Shown: piece by piece, positions 24,837-31,795 of the stretch
Layout of the letters: each line of letters starts with the position of its first letter
How positions within the stretch are numbered: the stretch's first letter is position 1
Source: a virus
Lineage: Duplodnaviria; Caudoviricetes
IMG/VR virus record: IMGVR_UViG_3300017707_000625
Location: 1-31,795 of that record
Length of the DNA stretch: 31,795 nt
Direction: 5' to 3' (one strand)
Made by a program: the position numbers and the translations under genes
The notes under the pieces: model-generated
Seen by the model: the letters and a program-made list of their open reading frames with translations, nothing else
Database searches by the model: none
What the model was told of the DNA's origin: nothing

Positions 24837-26465
24837 CTATTGAGCAGGTGGCGCTGCGCCTTCAGGCGTAGGTTGCTGCTGTTTTTGCATTTCTTGTGCC
24901 GCTTCGTTCATTTGCTGCATCTTTCGGAGGTCTTCCTTAAGCAATTGCTTCATAGGAGGCTCCAAAATGTCAATCAAACGTTCTTTCGTGATTGCACCAC
25001 GGTCTGCAAGCGCAAAAGCAAGACTTCGCAGGTCTTCAGTGAAGATGGGCGAGTTGCTATGTGCGTCTACTTTGACCACAAAGTCCTTAGTAAACTGGTC
25101 TGCAATGAACTTATTGCCCGTATCGTCGGTATAAATACGGTCAGAATAGGTTTGCATCGCTTTTAAGTAGAGCGTTGCCATCTTTTCTAACGAATCTTCA
25201 ATGATTAACGCCCGTTTTTTAGCCCTTGAAGAGCCTAAACGGGCTAATTGCGACGCATGACCCGCACTTCTAACGCCTGATTCACCTCGACCTTGCAACA
25301 CATTCACAATCCCTGAGGCTTCTTCAAACATTTGATCGATTTCTGCGATCTCACGGAACAAATCATTGGGTATCGACGGTGCTAATTGCTCTACTTTGGC
25401 ATTGGGCATGTCGGTTGAGAGCAAACCACCCACGCGATTAAGCGCAAAGTTCTTCTCATCGAGCAGGCCTGTAAAGCCAATCAAGGCTGTCGGTGGTGTA
25501 ACTTGCTTAGAAAGCAAGTCAAGTATCTCTGTCATGCGTTTATTGCGCATGTCTTGCAAGAAAACAAGCCTTGCAACCTCAGAAATACCCCAGTAGTAGT
25601 CATATTGCGGGGTTGGGCAGAGCTGAATAAAGGGCAACTCACCCTTTAAGAACATGCTCTCACCTGGCCTGTCATAGATGATGACATTCGGGTCGGCAAT
25701 CGTGACGCACTGGTAGTCATCCGTGTCATCATTCCACACCCATAACTCTGTCATCTTGATCGTATCTTCAGCCACCCGTGCCTTGTACTGCTGCATACCG
25801 GCAATATTAAGGTTCACATTACCGTACATCGTGGGGTCAGTGGCCGACAAGATCAGACGCTGGATACCATCAGGCACTTGATTCTGCTGGCTTTGACCTA
25901 ACTGCAAGCGAGCAAGCAGTGCATCACGGTTTGGGTGCGAGTAAAGCCTTGCATATAACTCAGAGCGTGTGATGTAGTAAATCTGAATCAACGCTTCTTG
26001 GCGATCTGTGTAAGGCGTATCTTCTCGATACACACCAATACAGCGTGGATCAACCATGTAGGGGTGCAAGCCATTCTTCTGAATGAGCTTAATAAAGGTG
26101 GAGTTGTAGCAAAGCGCCCAATTCAAGGCTTGTGCAAACACCTGATCAGCATTGGAGTTCAACCAGTCATCGTTTAATGCGCCGGTAAGCGCAGGAATCT
26201 TGGTTTGTTCATGCGCATTGACGGAAGCGCCAAGCGAGATCGTAAAACGGGTGGTTTCTGCCGAGTAGAGAAAACTCGATAACTGATCGATGTGCGGGTA
26301 AATCTTGTTGTAGTAAGCCGGTGGGGCATCAAGCCCCGAACCAAAAAGATAGTAAGACCTTAACGAATCGTAAGTGCCTGTGCGTTCCTGGATGCTAACG
26401 GAGCATTTATCAACCAGGTCGTTGTAGAAATACTCACGTTGTACAGGATCGTCAGGAATTCTCAT
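24837..26465 (-). CDS. Portal protein
   Basis: 542 aa; between TerL and head genes; YYWGISEV, FEEASG...QGRGE...RSA motifs; Q-rich C-terminus as in P22-like portals. Confidence 0.85.
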   Translation of the reverse strand: MRIPDDPVQREYFYNDLVDKCSVSIQERTGTYDSLRSYYLFGSGLDAPPAYYNKIYPHIDQLSSFLYSAETTRFTISLGASVNAHEQTKIPALTGALNDDWLNSNADQVFAQALNWALCYNSTFIKLIQKNGLHPYMVDPRCIGVYREDTPYTDRQEALIQIYYITRSELYARLYSHPNRDALLARLQLGQSQQNQVPDGIQRLILSATDPTMYGNVNLNIAGMQQYKARVAEDTIKMTELWVWNDDTDDYQCVTIADPNVIIYDRPGESMFLKGELPFIQLCPTPQYDYYWGISEVARLVFLQDMRNKRMTEILDLLSKQVTPPTALIGFTGLLDEKNFALNRVGGLLSTDMPNAKVEQLAPSIPNDLFREIAEIDQMFEEASGIVNVLQGRGESGVRSAGHASQLARLGSSRAKKRALIIEDSLEKMATLYLKAMQTYSDRIYTDDTGNKFIADQFTKDFVVKVDAHSNSPIFTEDLRSLAFALADRGAITKERLIDILEPPMKQLLKEDLRKMQQMNEAAQEMQKQQQPTPEGAAPPAQ

Positions 26466-26899
26466 GTTGCTAGCTTCAAGTTTTCATGGTCGCGTATGAC
26501 CACCGAGGGTTGCGGCTTGCGCAATGCTATACCACTTTCCTTCACGGCTGACAAGCCTCCCACGGTTTCACCTTTAATGGAATTGAGATTGTAGTTGCCT
26601 ATTTGTGACGGGTTACCCCATTGCACACCAAAAGGATTTTGCGGTTGTGCGGCTTGTTTATTGTTCAGCAAAGCATTGTTTTGATGATCACCTTCTCTAG
26701 CCGACTTAATGTCTGACATGCCGTAATCATTGGCTAATTCACGAAGCGTGCTATCAGCGTGTTTGGTCTTATCGGACTTCATACCAACGGGTTGTAAGAA
26801 CACCATTTGCACATCCGCTGTGCAGCCATGAGGGCATTCAGGCTTATTGCTTTCAAAAAAGCCATGAGCAGGGCATTTGTAATCATGATAAACGGCCAT
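26462..26899 (-). CDS. FmdB-like zinc-ribbon protein
   Basis: 145 aa; N-terminal DYKCPAHG...ECPHGC; AGGAG RBS. Confidence 0.65.
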   Translation of the reverse strand: MAVYHDYKCPAHGFFESNKPECPHGCTADVQMVFLQPVGMKSDKTKHADSTLRELANDYGMSDIKSAREGDHQNNALLNNKQAAQPQNPFGVQWGNPSQIGNYNLNSIKGETVGGLSAVKESGIALRKPQPSVVIRDHENLKLAT

Positions 26900-27290
26900 G
26901 TTTTCTCCTTATCTGGGTATCTAAGTTATCGCGGTGGTAATCATCAGATTTAGGCTTCACGCCAATATTTAATTTGAACTGGTTGCCATCAAACTCAATC
27001 AAGTTACGACGCACCATGGCTTGCTTAGGTTTCTTACGAAACTCTAAATACACATCGCGCCTAAATCGCATGACAGCCACATCGCCATTTGTCCATTGCT
27101 CATAAGCACGATTCACACGGCGTTGCACAAACTCAGTCAACGGATAGGTCTTGCGCTGGAACACATCTCTTAGATGATCTTCTGTTAAACCACAAAGCTC
27201 AGCAAAAAGACGAATGGAGATGCCACGCTTTTTATCGGCAAAAAACTTCTCCATGACTTCCATCATGGCTTCTTTACTGAGGCCCGACAC
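26883..27290 (-). CDS. Putative HTH DNA-binding protein
   Basis: 135 aa; RGISIRLFAELCGLTEDHLRDVF resembles an XRE/Cro-type helix-turn-helix. Confidence 0.6.
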   Translation of the reverse strand: MSGLSKEAMMEVMEKFFADKKRGISIRLFAELCGLTEDHLRDVFQRKTYPLTEFVQRRVNRAYEQWTNGDVAVMRFRRDVYLEFRKKPKQAMVRRNLIEFDGNQFKLNIGVKPKSDDYHRDNLDTQIRRKHGRLS

Positions 27291-29034
27291 CGAGTGCTTT
27301 CAAGTAGTTGTTAATCTGCCGATCCATGATCGGTTCTTGAACAGGCGTTATCGCTTCTTCTTTCCTTGCCCTGGTCATACGCATTTGCATAAGCCTTGGC
27401 ATGAGCTGCTCAGCATAAGCCACGCAAGCAAGGGCTGTAGCAATCACCCGATCATCCTTATTGCGCCCATAGGCGGCAATGGAGCCTTGGTCGCGCACCA
27501 CGGACTTCATCTCTTCTAGTAAGTCCATAGAGTAAACATTCATCATCCCGCGCTCAAAGTAATCCTTAAAGTAATTGAGCATCCGTTCTTTAGAAGAATG
27601 CGTGGTCAAGTAACCCAGCGAATTAGACACACCACCTAATGAGTCATTTCGCCTCCAGAGATAGTGCTGCATGTGCGATAAGACATCATCCAAGCGCCTT
27701 GCCTTCTTCGGCTCCATCGTCTGCGCCTGTCGCCTCAGGTTACGCATCTCATTAATCACTGCCTGACCTGGGCCATTGACTTCCAGGTTCAAGGTTGAGT
27801 TCTTGTAGGCTCCAGCAAGATAGCAAATGATCCATGCAAACTGGTAGGTATTGATCTCTGAGGTAGCAAACTCTGCAACTTGATCAATTCCATCCGCATA
27901 CGCTCGATAGATTTGAATGCAGAATCGATCTGCCCAGTCAGAGCTTCCATACGCTGGGTCTGCTCCAATAACATAGTAGGCGTTATCAATCGGCTCCTCC
28001 CAGATTTTAAGCGTCGCCATACGCTCGGTGCTTTGTATCAACTCCGTATCTTCAAAGTATTGCCCCATCGAGAATCGATAGTTGCGTGGCATGAGTTGCT
28101 TAGCCACCTTGGCTTGATCAGTACACCGTGTGTGACTAAAGAAACTACTACCTGTCATGATGAAGGCGTAGTCTTCCGTTGGAGGAAACTCTTGATACAT
28201 CAGCGCTTCATCTTTTAATCCCTCATTGAGCTTCCAGCGCCACCAAGCAATCTGTCTTGTATTGATCTCCACCTGGTAGAGCTTCTTAACCTCTCTTGTC
28301 CATTCCTTCTCTTCTGGACTTAACTTGCCATCCCAGTACACCTTGTACACATCCGACTTCGGGTCAGCCGCATAAAGCTCATTTCGCCACCAGCCACAAA
28401 AGATCGCCTTCTGGGTTCTAGCCTTCTTAGCCACTTGCCACATGTCATGCCACATATTGAAGCCACGAGCCGTGCTCTCAAAGAGATAAAGCCGATTGGG
28501 GTTCTTCTCAGCCAAGGAAGCTAGCAAGGAAGCTAATCCTTCTTCATCACCCCAACTCGATGTCTCTGTACCATGCAGGTAAGTAATCCCCTTGCCACGC
28601 CCTAGCGACCCCTTGGCTCGCAATCCTGCTACCTGATAAAAGAGCCTTGATCTGTTCTTTAAGACCATCTGATTCCTGTTATGCGTCATGAGCGGAATCT
28701 TGAACTCCGGTGGCAAGCCATCCATGTACATCGCTAACGTGGTTCTGAACTGATCTCTATTCTCTTCGGTATCCGTTGTTAACGTTCCCTGAAACCCAGG
28801 GTTCTTAAAGTGCCAGTAAAGGTCTAAGGCAAGCGATATGGTCGTAATCCCTAACTGCCTGCCCTTCAGAATCACAAAAAAGTGCGTACCTTGATTTAAG
28901 CCTTTAGCCACCTCCTCCATGACATAGGTCTGGCTGCCCAATAAACGCTGTCCAAGGCGCTGTATCCCAAGCTCCTTTGTCTCTACCTTCAGTTCCCTAC
29001 AAAACCTGTAGAAGTGCTGTAAATCAAAGTTCAT
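27274..29034 (-). CDS. terL: Terminase large subunit
   Basis: 586 aa; Walker A LKGRQLGITT, Walker B-like YLHGTE, coupling motif ESTARG, nuclease motifs IGADPAYG, LEVNGPG, KDDRVIA. Confidence 0.95.
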   Translation of the reverse strand: MNFDLQHFYRFCRELKVETKELGIQRLGQRLLGSQTYVMEEVAKGLNQGTHFFVILKGRQLGITTISLALDLYWHFKNPGFQGTLTTDTEENRDQFRTTLAMYMDGLPPEFKIPLMTHNRNQMVLKNRSRLFYQVAGLRAKGSLGRGKGITYLHGTETSSWGDEEGLASLLASLAEKNPNRLYLFESTARGFNMWHDMWQVAKKARTQKAIFCGWWRNELYAADPKSDVYKVYWDGKLSPEEKEWTREVKKLYQVEINTRQIAWWRWKLNEGLKDEALMYQEFPPTEDYAFIMTGSSFFSHTRCTDQAKVAKQLMPRNYRFSMGQYFEDTELIQSTERMATLKIWEEPIDNAYYVIGADPAYGSSDWADRFCIQIYRAYADGIDQVAEFATSEINTYQFAWIICYLAGAYKNSTLNLEVNGPGQAVINEMRNLRRQAQTMEPKKARRLDDVLSHMQHYLWRRNDSLGGVSNSLGYLTTHSSKERMLNYFKDYFERGMMNVYSMDLLEEMKSVVRDQGSIAAYGRNKDDRVIATALACVAYAEQLMPRLMQMRMTRARKEEAITPVQEPIMDRQINNYLKALGVGPQ

Positions 29035-29189
29035 TGTGTACCTGGTTCATATTCATACTTCATGCAAGGCTTCTCAGCCAATAAGCCATCTCTTATGCAA
29101 ATCAAAATCTCCTCCTTATCATCTTCCTTTTCTTTGAGTCCAATCGCCTGACTCCATCGACACGTTTCGCAAGAGGGCTTCCAGTCCAT
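29031..29189 (-). CDS. 52-aa Cys-rich protein; not in ORF track
   Basis: MDWKPSCETCRWSQAIGLKEKEDDKEEILICIRDGLLAEKPCMKYEYEPGTQ; CxxC plus two more Cys; AAGGA RBS; ATGA overlap with terL. Confidence 0.65.
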   Translation of the reverse strand: MDWKPSCETCRWSQAIGLKEKEDDKEEILICIRDGLLAEKPCMKYEYEPGTQ

Positions 29190-29343
29190 ACTTTTCCTTT
29201 AACCACAACACCGTCTTTTCTTCATCAGCCGTTAAAAAGCGCTCTTTCCTCTCTTTCTCATACCACCTCATCGCTTGGTACGGATACGTCTTATCACCCT
29301 CCGTATACCGCTTAATCCAAGCAATCTGAAACTCATGCGTCAC
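29119..29343 (-). CDS. Hypothetical protein
   Basis: 74 aa; coupled to the upstream gene by a 4-nt overlap. Confidence 0.6.
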   Translation of the reverse strand: MTHEFQIAWIKRYTEGDKTYPYQAMRWYEKERKERFLTADEEKTVLWLKEKYGLEALLRNVSMESGDWTQRKGR

Positions 29344-29552
29344 TCAACCCGCCACACCCTAACACCACCTTCAACCTTCCTTGCTGTGAACTTCTTCCCA
29401 CTCTTTCTCCACTCTCGATAGTTCGCATTACATAACCTACCTAAATCACCATCTTGTACATAGAAACTATCTCCTAGCTCTAATGCTTCGTATGGGTATT
29501 TAGCTATCTTTTGCTTCTCAGGTATCTCTATATTCTTTTCTAACGTCACCAT
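29340..29552 (-). CDS. Small putative DNA-binding phage protein (KYP..LE.GDSF.V...GVRVWR type)
   Basis: Likely start MVTLEK at 29552 with GGAGA RBS (70 aa; track starts at 29588); characteristic motif. Confidence 0.7.
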   Translation of the reverse strand: MVTLEKNIEIPEKQKIAKYPYEALELGDSFYVQDGDLGRLCNANYREWRKSGKKFTARKVEGGVRVWRVE

Positions 29553-30055
29553 AACCGTACATCTCCATATTGTCGATGTACTCATCATATCGTAAAAGCT
29601 GTTTTTTCTTGGGGCGGGGATGGTTATGGTGCACCCAAAACCAGAGGCCCCGTCCCATTCGATCTGCCAACGAAGCTCGATCTATGCACTGCCTGCCTGC
29701 CCATTCCCTACCCGATTGACCTCGAGCACATGCCTACTCATGCACTGCTTAGGGGGGAAGGGTACGGTACTTAGCCCCTTGTATGGCCATGGCCCTTATC
29801 GATAAAATCGATCAAGAGGGGGCGGTTAGATAATTACATCAATGTAGCCCAATGCTCGAATGAGCATAGGCCCATATAAGTACTTATACACAAATACACA
29901 ATACACAATCTTATATATATAAAGCCTATAGGCTAGTTACATAATACGTGTGATCGGTGTCTGTTATGTCATTCTAGCGTATACGACTAAAGTCTAATAT
30001 ACATGCTTGTTTAACATGTCATTATTCTCATACATAACCTTATATGGAGAGTCAC
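29553..30055. promoter_or_regulatory. Divergent non-coding control region (candidate terminus/pac/origin)
   Basis: Strand switch; no convincing ORF; many palindromes; AT-rich core with three ATACACA(A) repeats at 29886-29908. Confidence 0.65.
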
Positions 30056-30910
30056 ATGAGCAAGATCGATATAGCGCAAGTCATAACCGACAAGATCATC
30101 AGTGAACTAGAGCAAGGTGTAGCTCCATGGGTTAAACCATGGCATGAGAGCGCTGAAGCATACAACCCTATAACCGGAACGATCTATAGGGGCATGAACC
30201 AGATCTGGCTTGGAATGCTTGGAACCGGTCGATCCAATGCTTGGCTCACGTTTAAAAACATCAGAGACGCTGGATTGTGGCTCAAGAAGGATTCTAAGGG
30301 CATACCGATTGTGTTTTATAAGCCTTTACCAGTTAGCCGTAAAAACGCTAAAGGCGAGGATGTTCAGGGCGTTATCCCGATGCTAAAACATCACTATGTT
30401 TTTAACGCTGATGACGTAGAGGGCGCAACATTCAGCAAGCAAGGCGGTACGCTTGAAGGTTCAATCGATAGCAGAGTACAAAGCGTTATCGATAGGCTTC
30501 AGCTAGCCAATGGCGTACAGACTGCAAGTGCTGCGTACTATCAAGCTACTAAGGATTTGATCGGCATGCCTGCGCTAAGTAGCTTTAGATCGCTTGCTGA
30601 TTATCACGCTACGCTCTTGCATGAGGCAGTACACGCTACGGGCCACCAATCTAGGCTTGATCGAAAGCTAGCGAATAAGTTCGGTAGCGAAGCCTACGCT
30701 TTTGAGGAACTAATCGCAGAACTAGGGGCAGCCATGCTTTGCATGAAGTGCGGTATTGACGGGCAACTACAGCACGCAAGCTACATTGACTCATGGCTCA
30801 AAGTATTGAAGCAAGATAAAAACGCAATCATTAAGGCAGCAAGCAAGGCTCAGGCAGCCATGGATCACTTAACCGTAGCAGTGCAAGAGGGAGAATTGTT
30901 AGCTGCCTAA
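30056..30910 (+). CDS. ardC: ArdC-family antirestriction protein (DUF1738 ssDNA-binding + zincin-like metallopeptidase domain)
   Basis: Likely start MSKIDI at 30056 after GGAGA (284 aa); PWVKPW, YRGMN, WLTF, VFNADDV, LLHEAVHATGH (HExxH), YAFEELIAELGA. Confidence 0.92.
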   Translation: MSKIDIAQVITDKIISELEQGVAPWVKPWHESAEAYNPITGTIYRGMNQIWLGMLGTGRSNAWLTFKNIRDAGLWLKKDSKGIPIVFYKPLPVSRKNAKGEDVQGVIPMLKHHYVFNADDVEGATFSKQGGTLEGSIDSRVQSVIDRLQLANGVQTASAAYYQATKDLIGMPALSSFRSLADYHATLLHEAVHATGHQSRLDRKLANKFGSEAYAFEELIAELGAAMLCMKCGIDGQLQHASYIDSWLKVLKQDKNAIIKAASKAQAAMDHLTVAVQEGELLAA

Positions 30911-30961
30911 GATTTCATCCTATAGCCCTTTGCGAAGGGCTAACGGATGCGATCTTGCATC
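30911..30961 (+). other. Intergenic stem-loop after ardC (terminator, processing site or riboregulator)
   Basis: CATCC-TA-TAGCCCTT-TGCG-AAGGGCTA-AC-GGATG; alternative GATGC-N6-GCATC hairpin; no U-tract. Confidence 0.65.
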
Positions 30962-30982
30962 AAACCTAATCGAGGGCTAAAC

Positions 30983-31204
30983 ATGACATTCGATCAATGG
31001 ATTAACCGGCCTGTTTACAAGGCTCAAGTTGCGACATTTAACATGGCAAAGCAATTGCTCAATATGCCGAACAGTGACATTGCAACATCAGGCAATCATC
31101 CGATTTTGCATTTAAGGCTTGCAAAGCCTTATAGAAATGCTTACTCAATAGCACTTAGAAAACAAGTTGCCGATGCGATGCGACTCAAGAGAAAGCAAGC
31201 ATGA
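30983..31204 (+). CDS. Hypothetical early protein
   Basis: Likely start MTFDQW at 30983 after GAGGG (73 aa; track starts at 30947). Confidence 0.65.
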   Translation: MTFDQWINRPVYKAQVATFNMAKQLLNMPNSDIATSGNHPILHLRLAKPYRNAYSIALRKQVADAMRLKRKQA

Positions 31205-31278
31205 AAACCCTTATTGATTGGCTCATTGCTACCCTGTTTGGGGTAGCACTTGCCTGCGCTATCTTCTTTAACCTCTAA
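31201..31278 (+). CDS. 25-aa single-TM early peptide; not in ORF track
   Basis: MKTLIDWLIATLFGVALACAIFFNL; ATGA overlap with the upstream stop. Confidence 0.6.
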   Translation: MKTLIDWLIATLFGVALACAIFFNL

Positions 31279-31289
31279 TCATGCCCATG

Positions 31290-31321
31290 AAAGCCCTTAA
31301 ACGGGCTTTTGGGGAGTTTTT
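31290..31321 (+). terminator. Hairpin with weak T-tract (possible terminator/processing site)
   Basis: AAAGCCC-TTAAAC-GGGCTTT followed by TGGGGAGTTTTT. Confidence 0.4.
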
Positions 31322-31345
31322 ACCTACTTACTGGAGTCAACCTAC

Positions 31346-31582
31346 ATGGACGATAAACAAATCCCTCTATGGGTATCTTTATTCAATTGCCAAATCCACC
31401 CTCAAGACTGGTGCATTCCAGTCGAAGATGTTTGGAGACGGGCTGGTTGGAAACCACCAAGCAAGGAGTGCGCTGAAACAATGGCTAAGCAGCAATCCTT
31501 TAGAACCTGGATTGTGACGCTACCCGCTGGCGAGTCCCAATCGATACCTCAATTACCTGCGAGCGAGGCCCATCATGGATGA
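31346..31582 (+). CDS. Hypothetical early protein
   Basis: 78 aa; GGAG RBS; VWRRAGWKPPS motif. Confidence 0.65.
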   Translation: MDDKQIPLWVSLFNCQIHPQDWCIPVEDVWRRAGWKPPSKECAETMAKQQSFRTWIVTLPAGESQSIPQLPASEAHHG

Positions 31583-31795
31583 CGCATTGCAGATTAAAGC
31601 CTATGAGCTATTGATCGAAGATCAACAAAAGCAAATCAAGGAACTGATTCACTTAGCCGATCATCGGCATGACCCTTACTTAGTTGCTATGCAGCACTTG
31701 AACGAGTTCATCTTCAAGCACCATGGCTATAAGGCTTTGTATCAGTTAGGCAAAGAGATCGATAAAGCCTATGCGCCTGAGAATGATGGTCGAGC
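31575..31795 (+). CDS. Hypothetical early protein, truncated at window edge; not in ORF track
   Basis: MDDALQIKAYELLIEDQQKQIKELIHLADHRHDPYL... open to the end; GAGG upstream. Confidence 0.65.
   Translation, partial: MDDALQIKAYELLIEDQQKQIKELIHLADHRHDPYLVAMQHLNEFIFKHHGYKALYQLGKEIDKAYAPENDGR

Larger units (their letters stand above)
1..29552 (-). mobile_element. Podovirus-like phage late cluster (packaging, head, tail, ejection, lysis)
   Basis: Co-oriented genes, mostly overlapping by ATGA/TAATG, in the order TerL-portal-scaffold-MCP-adaptor-nozzle-fibres-ejection proteins-lysis; no host housekeeping genes. Confidence 0.95.

Noticed and set aside
2725-27989. Alternative-frame minus-strand ORFs nested in large genes (e.g. 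10465-11025, 5685-6110, 19296-19739, 17383-17748)
   Set aside because: Nested in better-supported genes, with L/V/Q-rich off-frame composition; none shows a lipobox that would suggest an embedded o-spanin
942-28218. Numerous plus-strand ORFs of 60-183 aa (e.g. 5696-6133, 8328-8753, 10029-10475, 15567-15995, 22212-22763, 23512-23928)
   Set aside because: Antisense shadows of long biased-composition genes; no recognisable motifs
29620-29805. 61-aa plus-strand ORF in the control region
   Set aside because: No motif and atypical composition; overlaps the palindromic non-coding region
30000-30045. Sigma70 promoter for ardC
   Set aside because: TTGTTT and TATTCT are present but only 10 bp apart; no convincing -35/-10 pair
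31281-31517. 78-aa ORF MPMKALK...
   Set aside because: No RBS, runs through the hairpin, and overlaps 31346-31582, which has a clear GGAG RBS
1-31795. Prophage boundary/att site, integrase, reverse transcriptase, tRNA or phage RNA polymerase
   Set aside because: None recognisable in this window; lifestyle and host cannot be determined from it

Overview
This window is about 32 kb of a tailed dsDNA bacteriophage (Caudoviricetes) with podovirus-type organisation; no tape measure, tail tube or sheath gene is recognisable. Positions 1-29552 form one tightly packed, mostly translationally coupled minus-strand late cluster. In transcription order it holds small DNA-binding and Cys-rich ORFs, large terminase, HTH and Zn-ribbon proteins, portal, small head proteins, scaffold, major capsid and putative minor capsid proteins. 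It continues with the head-tail adaptor, nozzle, a modular tail fibre, two adaptor+tip receptor-binding cassettes (one with an embedded 2OG-Fe(II) oxygenase), four large internal virion/ejection proteins and a multi-membrane-protein lysis cassette running off the left edge. A palindrome-dense non-coding switch region of about 500 bp (29553-30055) separates this from a plus-strand early region that starts with an ArdC-family antirestriction gene, followed by small ORFs preceded by related hairpins. Several probable small genes are missing from the supplied ORF track, and several supplied starts look too long. All family calls come from motifs recognised by eye and from synteny; no database search was run. 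No tRNA, rRNA, CRISPR array, integrase or reverse transcriptase was seen.
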